A DNA stretch of 64,000 bases. Origin: Candidatus Methanomethylophilaceae archaeon. GTDB lineage: Archaea; Thermoplasmatota; Thermoplasmata; Methanomassiliicoccales; Methanomethylophilaceae. The position numbers and the translations under genes were made by a program. The notes beneath the pieces are model-generated. The model was not told where the DNA came from, ran no database searches, and saw nothing but the letters and a program-made list of their open reading frames with translations. Position 1 is the stretch's first letter, and each line of letters opens with the position of its first letter. The stretch spans positions 93,687 to 157,686 of the forward strand of contig JBMNHS010000001.1 in assembly GCA_050950505.1 (NCBI GenBank), read 5' to 3'. This document shows positions 8,963 to 18,735 of this stretch, piece by piece.

Positions 8963-11011
8963 ATGCACGCTATTGACAAAGAATCCGGCGCGAAGTCCGG
9001 AAAAGGCGGCAAATCTATTGCCTATGAGCTTGCGGATGCGCAACAGGAAATATCCGTCGCGGAATTCTTCGAGAAGAACAAACAGATACTTGGATTCGAT
9101 TCGCGCTCCAAATCTTTGCTGATGGGTGTCAAAGAAGCCGTGGACAACGCTTTGGACGCCTGCGAAGAAGCGGAGATACTTCCCGAAATAAACGTCTCGA
9201 TAGAACGTTTGGATGAGGACGATTATCGGATAACCGTTGACGACAACGGCCCGGGCATAGTGCACAAAGCGATGCCCAACGTTTACGGAAGATTGCTTTA
9301 CGGTTCAAGATTTCACGCGTACAAACAATCCAGGGGTCAACAGGGTATCGGAATATCCGCGTCGGTGATGTACGGTTACCTTACGACGGGAAAACCCGCG
9401 CATATAATATCCAAAGTGTCCGGGGATGACGAAGTCGCCTGGGAAATGGACATCATCGTTGATACGAAAAACAACCGTCCGAAAATAACCAACGACAGGG
9501 CGTTCACCTGGGACAGGGATCACGGCACGAGTGTGGAATTCTCAATCAAAGGAAGATACATAACCGGAAAACAGTCCATTTTCGAATATCTCAAAAACAC
9601 CGCCATCGTCAACCCGCACGCATTCATTACATTCACCGATCCCGACGGAAAGAAATGGACTTTCGAAAACGCCACCGAAAGCACCCCCATAAAACCGAAA
9701 GAGATCAAACCCCACCCCGAAGGAATGGAAATCGGGGATCTTATGAAGTTTGCCCAATCAAGCAAACAGAATAACGTTCATGCATTCCTGAGACAGGAAT
9801 TCTCCAGAGTCACCAAACGCATTGCGGACGAGATTCTGGAACTTGCCGACGTGAATCCCAAAACTTCGCCCAGGAAGCTTACCCGGGAGGAATGCGCCAA
9901 CATCATCAAAGCCATCGGCAAAGTCAAAATCATGGCGCCGCAGACCGATTGTCTGTCTCCCATCGGAGACACTCTGATCAAGAAAGGTCTGATGCACGTC
10001 ATGGAGGGTCTGCGACCGGATTATTACGCAACGCCGGTCACAAGAACCCCGAAAACCGTCAACGGCAATCCCTTCGTCGTGGAAGCCGGCATAGTTTACG
10101 GCGGAGACATCCCTTCCGACGGCCAGATAACCATCCTGAGATTCGCCAACCGGGTTCCTTTGCTTTATCAGCAGGGAGCCTGCGCCATCACCAAAGCCAT
10201 ATCCGACATGGATTGGAGACGATACGGATTGGAACAGAGAGGCGGAAAGGGGATTCCCTTCGGACCCGCTATAATATTGGTCCATGTGGCCTCCACCAAA
10301 GTTCCCTTCACTTCCGAAGGAAAGGAAGCGATTGCGGGATATCCGGAAATTCTCAACGAGGTGACCGCGGCTCTGAGACTCTGTGCCAGAAATCTTAAAG
10401 GTCACCTGAACAAAATCGAACGCCGTTCGAAGACAAAGGCAAAATTTGATATCGTTCAGAAAATACTTCCGGATCTTGCCAGCAAATCCGCCGAATATCT
10501 CAACCGGCCGGTTCCGAATCTGGACCGGACCATCACGAAAATCATGAACGTCGTCTGGATCGAACCTTCTGTTGAGAAACTGAACAAAACCAACCGCAGA
10601 GTCACCTACACGATTTACAATTACACCGAAAAAGTCCGCAAATTCGGACTCCATGCCCATCTTCCGAAAGAGTCCGTCAATCTGGCGTTGTTCTCAGACC
10701 CGTATTTCAGGGAAATGGACGACATGGGCAGGGTCTTCTGGGAAATCGATGAACTGCAACCTTCGGTTTCCATGACCGTTTCTTTCGAACTGAGCGGCGA
10801 AATGGCCGATACCTTTTCGGAAGAGGACGTTTTCATATCGGGAATCAACTCCGTCATCGTAATGGGTGCGGATCCCCTGCCCGGAGACTGGGGTCTGAAG
10901 GGAATCGAAATTACGGAAGAAGAGGAAGAGATTCACGAAGACACCGAGGAAGAAGATGAAGAAGATGAAATTCTCGAAGATGACGAATACGACAAGGAGG
11001 CCAAAGAATGA
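8963..11011 (+). CDS. top6B: DNA topoisomerase VI subunit B
   Basis: GHKL/Bergerat motifs EAVDNALDA and DNGPGI, followed by a transducer domain. It ends in an acidic tail and overlaps top6A by ATGA. Confidence 0.95.
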   Translation: MHAIDKESGAKSGKGGKSIAYELADAQQEISVAEFFEKNKQILGFDSRSKSLLMGVKEAVDNALDACEEAEILPEINVSIERLDEDDYRITVDDNGPGIVHKAMPNVYGRLLYGSRFHAYKQSRGQQGIGISASVMYGYLTTGKPAHIISKVSGDDEVAWEMDIIVDTKNNRPKITNDRAFTWDRDHGTSVEFSIKGRYITGKQSIFEYLKNTAIVNPHAFITFTDPDGKKWTFENATESTPIKPKEIKPHPEGMEIGDLMKFAQSSKQNNVHAFLRQEFSRVTKRIADEILELADVNPKTSPRKLTREECANIIKAIGKVKIMAPQTDCLSPIGDTLIKKGLMHVMEGLRPDYYATPVTRTPKTVNGNPFVVEAGIVYGGDIPSDGQITILRFANRVPLLYQQGACAITKAISDMDWRRYGLEQRGGKGIPFGPAIILVHVASTKVPFTSEGKEAIAGYPEILNEVTAALRLCARNLKGHLNKIERRSKTKAKFDIVQKILPDLASKSAEYLNRPVPNLDRTITKIMNVVWIEPSVEKLNKTNRRVTYTIYNYTEKVRKFGLHAHLPKESVNLALFSDPYFREMDDMGRVFWEIDELQPSVSMTVSFELSGEMADTFSEEDVFISGINSVIVMGADPLPGDWGLKGIEITEEEEEIHEDTEEEDEEDEILEDDEYDKEAKE

Positions 11012-12096
11012 GCAATAACAAAGGCACTCTGGACAGCCTCGACAAAATCGTCGACGGACTTTACACCCACCTCGACAACGGAAACATTCCCGCCATGGAA
11101 GTTGCGCTGAGATCGAAAAGAAACATCGAATTCAATCCCGGAACAGGAGTTTGGAATTACGGAAACATAACTTCCGCCCGTTCGGCAAAATCCGTGAAAG
11201 GCGCGCTGATGCTGCTCCGTACCGTTTACACCGCTGACTTCATCAAAGGCATGCTGGAATCCAACAAATCATCCACCCTCAGAGAAATGTACTATATCTC
11301 CGAAGGATGGGAATACGCAAAATTCCAGAGTCAGGACGAAAGCGTCATCCTGGCCGAGGATTTGGAGATACTCACGGGATACATGCGGGAGGATTTCAAA
11401 CTCCGTCCGGAAGAAGACGGCGCCAGGATTTACGGTGACCTCACATTGACCGAACTCACCCGGAAAGGCGAAAGGAAGAAAATAAACTGCATCGACGACG
11501 TGGGGGATTCAGGATACGGGATTCCGTACAACGTCGGGCCCGAGAAGATAGAGTTCAAAAAATGCAACGCAAAATTCGTTGTTGCCATAGAAACCGGCGG
11601 TATGTTCGACAGGTTGGTGGAAAACGGTTTCCCCGAGAGGTATGACGCGTTACTCGTTCACCTGAAGGGACAACCCACCAGAGGCACCAGGAGATTCATC
11701 AAAAGACTCAACGAAGAACTGGGTCTTCCCATAACCGTGTTCACCGACGGAGATCCGTGGTCGTTCAGAATTTTCGCATCCGTGGCTTACGGAGCGATCA
11801 AGACCGCCCACATATCCGAATATCTGGCGACTCCGGCGGCACAGTTCATCGGAATCACCCCCTCGGATATTCTTAACTACGATTTGCCCACGGACAAACT
11901 GACCGACAAGGACAAAGGCGCCCTGAAAGCCGAACTTTCGGATCCCAGATTCAAAGACGAGTTCTGGGAGAACGAAATTCAGGCCATGATCGGAATGGGA
12001 AAGAAGGCAGAACAGCAGGCCTTGGCCAAATACGGTCTGGACTTCGTTACCGACACTTATCTTCCCGAGAAGCTCATGGACATGGGAATTCTCTGA
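11008..12096 (+). CDS. top6A: DNA topoisomerase VI subunit A (Spo11 family)
   Basis: 362 aa. Winged-helix region with the catalytic Tyr context LREMYYISE and the Toprim motif [11 protein letters not shown]. Confidence 0.95.
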   Translation: MSNNKGTLDSLDKIVDGLYTHLDNGNIPAMEVALRSKRNIEFNPGTGVWNYGNITSARSAKSVKGALMLLRTVYTADFIKGMLESNKSSTLREMYYISEGWEYAKFQSQDESVILAEDLEILTGYMREDFKLRPEEDGARIYGDLTLTELTRKGERKKINCIDDVGDSGYGIPYNVGPEKIEFKKCNAKFVVAIETGGMFDRLVENGFPERYDALLVHLKGQPTRGTRRFIKRLNEELGLPITVFTDGDPWSFRIFASVAYGAIKTAHISEYLATPAAQFIGITPSDILNYDLPTDKLTDKDKGALKAELSDPRFKDEFWENEIQAMIGMGKKAEQQALAKYGLDFVTDTYLPEKLMDMGIL

Positions 12097-13665
12097 TCAG
12101 TTCGAGGCCTGTATCACCCTGTTGACGACAAAACTCTTGTCCATATCGGCAAGGAAGGTTCCGAGTCTCGGACCGCTCTTCTTGCCGATCAGGATTCTGT
12201 ACATGGTCCCGTAACCGCCTTTGAGGCCGATGGGCGAATCTTTGGCGGTATCGGCGATGACGGAGCCGATGGTCTCGGCGTCCCATCTGCAGTCGTACAA
12301 TCTGACCGCAAGGGCCTGAAGGAAGGCCTTCTCGTTCATGGACAGATCGATGCCGGGCGGCACCGTGGCGCTAACCGAGAATTTTACCATATCGGGTGCG
12401 AATCCGTTAAGCCAGTATCTCACGCATTCGACTCTTTTAGCGAGTCTCTTGGTTTCTGCGGGAGTCATGTCGGACAGGTCTTCGCTGCGGTTGAGAATTT
12501 CCATCACGCCTTCGAAAGTCGGTGCCATCTGTGCGATGTTCACCAGATGTCTGTAAGAAATCTGACGGGGCAGTTTCTGCGGCGTTCTGTTGTGCTGGGA
12601 TATTTCATAAGCCCGGACGGAATCCTCTTCGGACTCCGCGAAACCGCCTTCGAAGAACAGACGTTCCATCCTGTCGTATTCGTCGGCCATGTCCAGAACA
12701 CCCATGGAAGAGTCGTAATCTATGGCCCTTGACGGATTGACCCTCAGGAACAGATAGTTCAGCACTTCGGGAGGGGTCATGTTGATCGCATCGAGTCCCG
12801 TCACCGGGGAACCCAATGACTTGTGCATTTGACCCACGCCTTTCAACTGAACGAATTCGTAAGGTATCGGATAAGGCGGAACTCCTCCGTAAATTTCTTC
12901 GACGATCCTCACCCCGGTTTCGTAAGAACCGCCGGCGGCGGCGTGATCTTTTCCGAAAGGTTCGGCGGAAACCCCGAATATCTTCCACTTGGCCGGCCAT
13001 TCGCACCTCCAGGTGAGTTTTCCCTCCCCTTTGCGGACATCGGCTTTTCCGCTGTTTCCGCAGTCGCAGTTGTATTCGATGTACGGGAACTCGTAGGTTT
13101 CCAGAATCGGCTGGGTGAATCTGCCGCAGGCAGAACAGATGGGGGTGTACGGGGCGTAATCGGGATTTTCCTCTTTGCCCGTGACTTCGCTGAGTATTTT
13201 GATGACCTGTTCCCTCTTGTTCATGGCCATGTCTATGGTTTCCGCGAACAGACCTTGTTCATAAAGCTCGTGAGTCCAGATTATTTCACATCTGACCCCG
13301 AGGGAATCGACGGCGTCCAGGAAGGGCTGCACATAGTGGTGGGCGTAATTTTTGTGTTTGCCGCAGGGACAGGGGAATTCGGAAATGGGCATTCCCACAT
13401 ACTGTTCGAATTCCTTCGGCAGGAAATCGTAACGTCTGCGGAGGGGGTCGTAAGAATCGATAAGATAGATTAATCTGACATTTTTACCGAGGCCTTCCAC
13501 CGCGCTGCGCACGGATTCTCCGGTAATTGCCTCTCTGAGGCTTCCTACATGAATGATTCCGGTGGGGCTTATTCCCGTGGCTATCAGGGGTTCCTCACAA
13601 TTTTTTACGATGTTCTCAGCGATTACGTCCGCCCAATGCATATAAATCAAAGTATCAACAAACAA
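12097..13665 (-). CDS. lysK: Lysyl-tRNA synthetase, class I
   Basis: HIGH-like IHVGSLREA and the KMSKS variant MHKSLGS, with archaeal class-I LysRS architecture. An alternative start is at 13641 (MHWADVI). Confidence 0.9.
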   Translation of the reverse strand: MFVDTLIYMHWADVIAENIVKNCEEPLIATGISPTGIIHVGSLREAITGESVRSAVEGLGKNVRLIYLIDSYDPLRRRYDFLPKEFEQYVGMPISEFPCPCGKHKNYAHHYVQPFLDAVDSLGVRCEIIWTHELYEQGLFAETIDMAMNKREQVIKILSEVTGKEENPDYAPYTPICSACGRFTQPILETYEFPYIEYNCDCGNSGKADVRKGEGKLTWRCEWPAKWKIFGVSAEPFGKDHAAAGGSYETGVRIVEEIYGGVPPYPIPYEFVQLKGVGQMHKSLGSPVTGLDAINMTPPEVLNYLFLRVNPSRAIDYDSSMGVLDMADEYDRMERLFFEGGFAESEEDSVRAYEISQHNRTPQKLPRQISYRHLVNIAQMAPTFEGVMEILNRSEDLSDMTPAETKRLAKRVECVRYWLNGFAPDMVKFSVSATVPPGIDLSMNEKAFLQALAVRLYDCRWDAETIGSVIADTAKDSPIGLKGGYGTMYRILIGKKSGPRLGTFLADMDKSFVVNRVIQASN

Positions 13666-13741
13666 GACCTATTAAGATATTATCCATCAGACTTCCGAAA
13701 AATCAAAAAGCTTTTTATATAAACCTAAGAATGGGGAAATC

Positions 13742-13906
13742 ATGGCGAAAAAGAATCAGGGAGGATTTCAGTCCTCTGCGGGTCTTATGAGATACTTCGA
13801 TTCGGAGACTGACAAGGGTTACAAGATCTCTCCCCGGGGAGTAATCGGTATGGCAATTGCCCTGATAGTCGTCGTTCTCGTGGCTCAGGTCTTCCTGCCT
13901 GTCTGA
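13742..13906 (+). CDS. secG: Preprotein translocase subunit Sec61-beta (archaeal SecG)
   Basis: 54-aa ORF, below the track cutoff: MAKKNQGGFQSSAGLMRYFDSETDKGYKISPRGVIGMAIALIVVVLVAQVFLPV. It has the conserved GLMRYFD motif and a C-terminal TM anchor. The track's antisense ORF 13715..13912 is rejected. Confidence 0.8.
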   Translation: MAKKNQGGFQSSAGLMRYFDSETDKGYKISPRGVIGMAIALIVVVLVAQVFLPV

Positions 13907-14006
13907 AAACAACCCGCAGAACCGTTTTCCGGCAGAGTTTCAATCACAGACTTGAAATGTCCGATTCTGTTTTTCTTCAATAATCCGTTCTGAATGTTCA
14001 TTTTGT

Positions 14007-15302
14007 TCAGGTGGAACAGGATTCTTCCGGTGAATCCTCCGGATATTTCTTCCTGAACGCGCGCTTCAGCAACGGAGGCGCAATTACGGTCGTGACCACG
14101 GACATTAGAATGATCACCGTGTTCATCTCCGACGTAAGGAATCCGCCGGTGAACCCTATTGCGGCTATTATGATGCCCACTTCCGCCCTGGGAACCATTC
14201 CGATACCGATGATTTTTGCGGAGTCTTTCTCAATGGTTTTGTCGGAAATCCTCGCTCCGACATAACAACCGAGATACTTCGTGACGATTGCCACGATTAT
14301 TACGTACAGGGACAGCAACAGCACCGTGGAGCTCATCAGAGACGAGGCTTGAACGTGCATACCCACATTCAGGAAGAACAGGGGGAGGAAGAATGTGGTG
14401 ATCGCATCCACCTTCGGCTTGAGATCCCAGGAGTGGGCGTAATCCGCAAGCATCATTCCCGCAAGGAAAGCTCCGATGATTGCGGCGAGTCCGATGGCTT
14501 GGGAAATAAAAGACATAAACAGACACAAACCGATGGCAAGCATCAGTTTGTCCATTTGGAATTTGCTCTTGGTCGAAGGTTTGGATTCGCACCTGTCACA
14601 GTACCAGCCGTCCAAACGGGGAACACATTTGTCACAGAACACGAACACGGACAGCACGAAGACCACGGTTATCATTATGACACCGATGATTTCTCCGAAT
14701 CCGCCTGCCGCGCCGGTACCGGCAATCATAGCCAGAACTATCATCCCCAACACATCGTCGATGACGGCGGCGCCCAGAATTATGCGGGCTTCTTTCGTGT
14801 TGGTTTTGCGCAGATCCACGAGAACTTTTGCCGTCACTCCCACACTGGTGGCGACCATCGCCGCCGCCATGTACATGGCATGAACCATGTTGCCGTCATA
14901 GAAGAACAGCGTAAGACCCAGAAGGAAGGGGAATACCACACCTAGAATCGCAACCACCAGGGCGGGTTTTCCCACAGACTTCAGATCGCAGGCCCTGGTT
15001 TCCAATCCCACCGAGAACAACAGGAATATCGCACCTATTTCGGCAATTATTTTCAGGAACTGATAACTTTCGGAACCGGAAGAACCGTTTACGGGAAGTT
15101 CGACCCCGATTATACCCAGTAAGCTGCCTTCGCTCAGAATTCCCTCGAAGGCAGAACCGTCCCATATGATGTTGGCCACTATGATTCCCACAAGTATCTG
15201 GCCGATAAGCCCCGGGACTCCGAAACGTTCGAAGATTGTGGAACCCGTGACTGCCAGCACGTAAAGAACCAACAACATCAGAAGGATTGGGAGCAAATCC
15301 AT
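14007..15302 (-). CDS. Cation:proton antiporter (CPA2/Kef-NapA type)
   Basis: 431-aa polytopic membrane protein with a typical Na_H_exchanger core (GQILVGIIV, LLFSVGLE, PRAEVGIIIA). Confidence 0.8.
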   Translation of the reverse strand: MDLLPILLMLLVLYVLAVTGSTIFERFGVPGLIGQILVGIIVANIIWDGSAFEGILSEGSLLGIIGVELPVNGSSGSESYQFLKIIAEIGAIFLLFSVGLETRACDLKSVGKPALVVAILGVVFPFLLGLTLFFYDGNMVHAMYMAAAMVATSVGVTAKVLVDLRKTNTKEARIILGAAVIDDVLGMIVLAMIAGTGAAGGFGEIIGVIMITVVFVLSVFVFCDKCVPRLDGWYCDRCESKPSTKSKFQMDKLMLAIGLCLFMSFISQAIGLAAIIGAFLAGMMLADYAHSWDLKPKVDAITTFFLPLFFLNVGMHVQASSLMSSTVLLLSLYVIIVAIVTKYLGCYVGARISDKTIEKDSAKIIGIGMVPRAEVGIIIAAIGFTGGFLTSEMNTVIILMSVVTTVIAPPLLKRAFRKKYPEDSPEESCST

Positions 15303-15372
15303 AAAATTCTGATAAAACCCGTATTATAAATAGTTATTATAAAAAGGAGAAAGAGGTTTGGATTGTAATAAA

Positions 15373-16797
15373 TCAGTAGAAATTGTGCAACCGGTTTCCG
15401 GTTCCGAACATAAAGGATATCTTCGGTTTGATTTCTGAAGCCGATGAAATCTCATACTTCACGTCCTGAACCGACTCTGTGAATTCCTGATTGTTTTCTT
15501 CAATCGGCAGGTCTGCCCCATCGGTTTTCACGGATTCGCATATGTCGGAAATGCTGAAACCGAAAGATGAATGCAGGATTTCCGGTTCTTCCAAAACCGC
15601 GGAAACTCTACTGCGCGGTTGCCTTCTTTCCGGAGCTGTTGTCTTCGGAAGAAAATCATATCCCGCGAAGTCCGCATAGTTCACGAGACAGCTTTCCGGA
15701 GATGACGTCTCCGTAACCGCCGATTCCCCGGAATCCGCCGAAGAGAACGCTTCGTATCTCCGCAAAGTGCAGTGATCCGTGTCGCAGGTGGAAATAGTCA
15801 TAATGTTGGCAGATACGGAACCGATGCCGGTTTCATGAATTGCCACGGAAATCTTCGCTTCGGGCAACAGAATCACACAGGGCGGATTGGGGAACGTGGA
15901 GTGTTCTATCTCAGAAGGAAGAGCCGGCAGCTCCTTGGGCGATGTCAGTTCGGGATAACGTCTTGTGTAAAGCACGGGACCGTCGTGGAACCTGTCGAAG
16001 TCCTTGACGAAAGTTTCTTCCGACACCGCAACCGGTTCTTCGATTGCCGGAGATTCTTCACTATAATCTGCTTCAACGGATTCTTCCTTCGCGACCGACT
16101 CTGCCGGTCTGACGTTGTCAAGCATGATTTCCAATTCTATGATGAGGGAATCTTTTGCCGTTGACGTATTTTCTTCGATCGCACACTTCTCGTTATCCGA
16201 TGCTTCCGCAACAACCGTTTCCGAAAACACTTCTCCGGAAGATTTCGCAGACGCCGGCGCGGCCGGAAGTCTCTCGACTTCAATTGCCGTTTCGGGTTTC
16301 ATCGCCGCGGATTCCGTACGGTCCGTTTCGGAAACCCCGGTTATGGGTTCCAGTTCATATTCGGGACCGTCTTCGTAATTCAGGCCTTCCGGGATTTCTA
16401 CCCGTGAGGCATCTTTTGAAGAAGTGGAAACCGCCTGAGGTGATGCCGAACAGTAAAGATTGCTTACAAACGGATTATGGTCACAGGTTCTGGGTTTTAC
16501 CAGATTCAATGCTTCCTCGGAGAACCTGCCGCCGCTGTTTATCGGTTTAGGCTCGTCGAATTCAAAAAACAGATCGTCTTCAAGAGTTGCCAGATAAATC
16601 TCGGATCCCGACGGGAGTTCATGTTTGGAATACCCGTAATTCTCGAGTTTTTTGGCGGAACCGCCGAGATTTCCTCTGATCCATCCTCTTTCAAATCCCT
16701 TTTCCCGCTCATTGGAACGGCGTCCGAATTCCGAAAGCCGTTGCTTCAGAGCTCCCCATAGAGTGCTATCGCTATTTTTGCCTGAGTTCACACTCAT
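15373..16797 (-). CDS. Hypothetical acidic, low-complexity protein
   Basis: 474-aa ORF with no TM segments. It is rich in E, S and P, and I recognise no catalytic or binding motif. Confidence 0.5.
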   Translation of the reverse strand: MSVNSGKNSDSTLWGALKQRLSEFGRRSNEREKGFERGWIRGNLGGSAKKLENYGYSKHELPSGSEIYLATLEDDLFFEFDEPKPINSGGRFSEEALNLVKPRTCDHNPFVSNLYCSASPQAVSTSSKDASRVEIPEGLNYEDGPEYELEPITGVSETDRTESAAMKPETAIEVERLPAAPASAKSSGEVFSETVVAEASDNEKCAIEENTSTAKDSLIIELEIMLDNVRPAESVAKEESVEADYSEESPAIEEPVAVSEETFVKDFDRFHDGPVLYTRRYPELTSPKELPALPSEIEHSTFPNPPCVILLPEAKISVAIHETGIGSVSANIMTISTCDTDHCTLRRYEAFSSADSGESAVTETSSPESCLVNYADFAGYDFLPKTTAPERRQPRSRVSAVLEEPEILHSSFGFSISDICESVKTDGADLPIEENNQEFTESVQDVKYEISSASEIKPKISFMFGTGNRLHNFY

Positions 16798-16974
16798 GCT
16801 ATCCCATCCGTTTATTGTTATGATTTGTGTAATATATAAGAATGATTGACGGTGCCCGTGTCACAAGACGAAATTAAACGGATGTGTCCCGATCCGAGAG
16901 GGAAAATACCGTCTTTACGCTCGCATCCGTTTTCATCACAGTTTATATAATATGTTTTGATTGAACGAGTGACT

Positions 16975-17904
16975 ATGTTTGCCGGTGCCGAATCATGGGA
17001 ATGGATCCTCGTTTTCGTACTGTTCATCGCATTGCTCGCTTTGGATATCGGGGTCATAAACCGCAAAGGCAAACACATTACGACAAAGGCCGCGTTGAAG
17101 CAAACCGCGGGATGGATTCTTGTCGCTCTCCTCTTCGGAGTGTACATATGGCACACCCGCGGAGCCCAGACCGGTATGGAATACTATGCCAGTTATGTCA
17201 TTGAAGAGGCGCTCAGCGTCGACAACATGTTTGTGTTCCTTCTGATATTCTCATTGTTTGCGATACCTGACGACTATCAGCACAAAGCCTTGTTCTACGG
17301 TGTAGTGGGAGCCATCGCGTTCCGGTTCATTTTCATATTCGCCGGCGCGGAACTGTTGGACAGATTCGATTTCCTGATGTACTTCTTCGGTGCTTTGCTG
17401 ATATTTGCGGCATTGAGGACGGTTTTCGGAAAGGACGACGGCGGTTCCGGAAGCAAAATGGCAAATTGGCTGTCAAGGCACATGAGTTGCTGTCCCGAAT
17501 TGGACGAAGATAAATTCTTTACCTATCGGGACGGGGTGCGCATGGCAACTCCGCTGTTCATATGCGTCATCGTTCTCGAACTGTCGGATATAATGTTCGC
17601 ATTGGATTCGATTCCGGCCATACTCAGCATAACCACGGACAAGTTCATTCTGTTCACTTCGAACATATTTGCCGTTCTGGGACTCAGATCCCTTTACTTT
17701 GCGGTGAGAGGGGCGTTGACCCACCTCAGATATCTGAAATACGGTCTCGGAGGCATTCTGACCTTCGTTGGAGCAAAGATGATGCTGCACGGTGTTTACG
17801 AATTCGACATCCTGCTCTCACTGTTGTTTGTGATCGGAGTGTTGGCGATTACAATAATCGCATCGCTGGCCGTTGAGAGAAAATCACCTGATAAATCCGT
17901 GTGA
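16975..17904 (+). CDS. TerC-family integral membrane protein
   Basis: TerC signature EEALSVDNMFVFLLIF plus a second DSIPAILSIT repeat. I prefer the ATG at 16975, about 25 nt downstream of the TATA-like tttatataat. The track ORF starts with TTG at 16957. Confidence 0.85.
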   Translation: MFAGAESWEWILVFVLFIALLALDIGVINRKGKHITTKAALKQTAGWILVALLFGVYIWHTRGAQTGMEYYASYVIEEALSVDNMFVFLLIFSLFAIPDDYQHKALFYGVVGAIAFRFIFIFAGAELLDRFDFLMYFFGALLIFAALRTVFGKDDGGSGSKMANWLSRHMSCCPELDEDKFFTYRDGVRMATPLFICVIVLELSDIMFALDSIPAILSITTDKFILFTSNIFAVLGLRSLYFAVRGALTHLRYLKYGLGGILTFVGAKMMLHGVYEFDILLSLLFVIGVLAITIIASLAVERKSPDKSV

Positions 17905-17910
17905 CACCGA

Positions 17911-18735
17911 TTATAAGTTCTCTATGGATCCTTTCTCGGCCCTGTCGCGGTATCTCTTCGGAAGAACGAACAATTCGCCGTCTTTGTCAAAACCCACGGA
18001 AGCGGAAACATCGTAGACGTCTTCGATGAGTTTTGAAGTGATTACTTCTTTGGGAGGCCCTATCGCGACAATGCGGCCTTCTTTCATGATGATGCATCGA
18101 TCGCAATATCTCGCCATCAGCGAAATATCGTGTTCCGCGACGAGAATGGTCATATCCGTTTTGACCATGGCGTAAAGGTATTCCATGACTTCCAGCTTGT
18201 ATTTCATGTCAAGATGTGACGTTGGTTCGTCGACCAACATCAACCTGGGCTCCTGAACGTATGCTTTGGCTATCAGAACACGCTGTCTCTCACCGGAAGA
18301 CAGCATGTTCAACTGTCTGTTTTTCAGATGGGCGACTCCGAATTTAACCAACGTTTCTTCGATCAGGGTTTCATCGTCGTCGGTCTCCCACCATACATGT
18401 TTCAGATGGGGATAACGACCCAACATAACAGTTTCAAAAACCGTCAATCCGAAACTGGCTCTCAGTTCCGCAGGAACATTGGCAACTTTTTTGGCAACCT
18501 CCCTCGGGGGCTTGTCCAACACAGTTTCACTGTCGATGAGAATGTCGCCTGACGATGTGGAATGCAGTCGGTTGATGCATTTCATCATCGTGCTTTTGCC
18601 ACAACCGTTGGGTCCGATGAGACCAACCAGCATACCGGACTCCAGAGAGAACGATACGTCTTTGACCGCATGGAATCCGTTTTCGTAATACTTGTTCAAC
18701 GACTTCAGTTCCAACAACGGAGCATTAACCTTCAT
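17911..18735 (-). CDS. ABC transporter ATP-binding protein (FepC/BtuD type)
   Basis: Walker A GPNGCGKST, signature LSSGERQRV, Walker B LMLVDEPTSHLD. It overlaps the upstream permease-fusion gene by 11 nt. Confidence 0.9.
   Translation of the reverse strand: MKVNAPLLELKSLNKYYENGFHAVKDVSFSLESGMLVGLIGPNGCGKSTMMKCINRLHSTSSGDILIDSETVLDKPPREVAKKVANVPAELRASFGLTVFETVMLGRYPHLKHVWWETDDDETLIEETLVKFGVAHLKNRQLNMLSSGERQRVLIAKAYVQEPRLMLVDEPTSHLDMKYKLEVMEYLYAMVKTDMTILVAEHDISLMARYCDRCIIMKEGRIVAIGPPKEVITSKLIEDVYDVSASVGFDKDGELFVLPKRYRDRAEKGSIENL

Noticed and set aside
13715-13912. 65-aa minus-strand ORF from the track.
   Set aside because: The plus strand encodes a 54-aa ORF with the clear Sec61-beta signature (GLMRYFD plus a C-terminal TM segment). 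The minus-strand ORF has no features.
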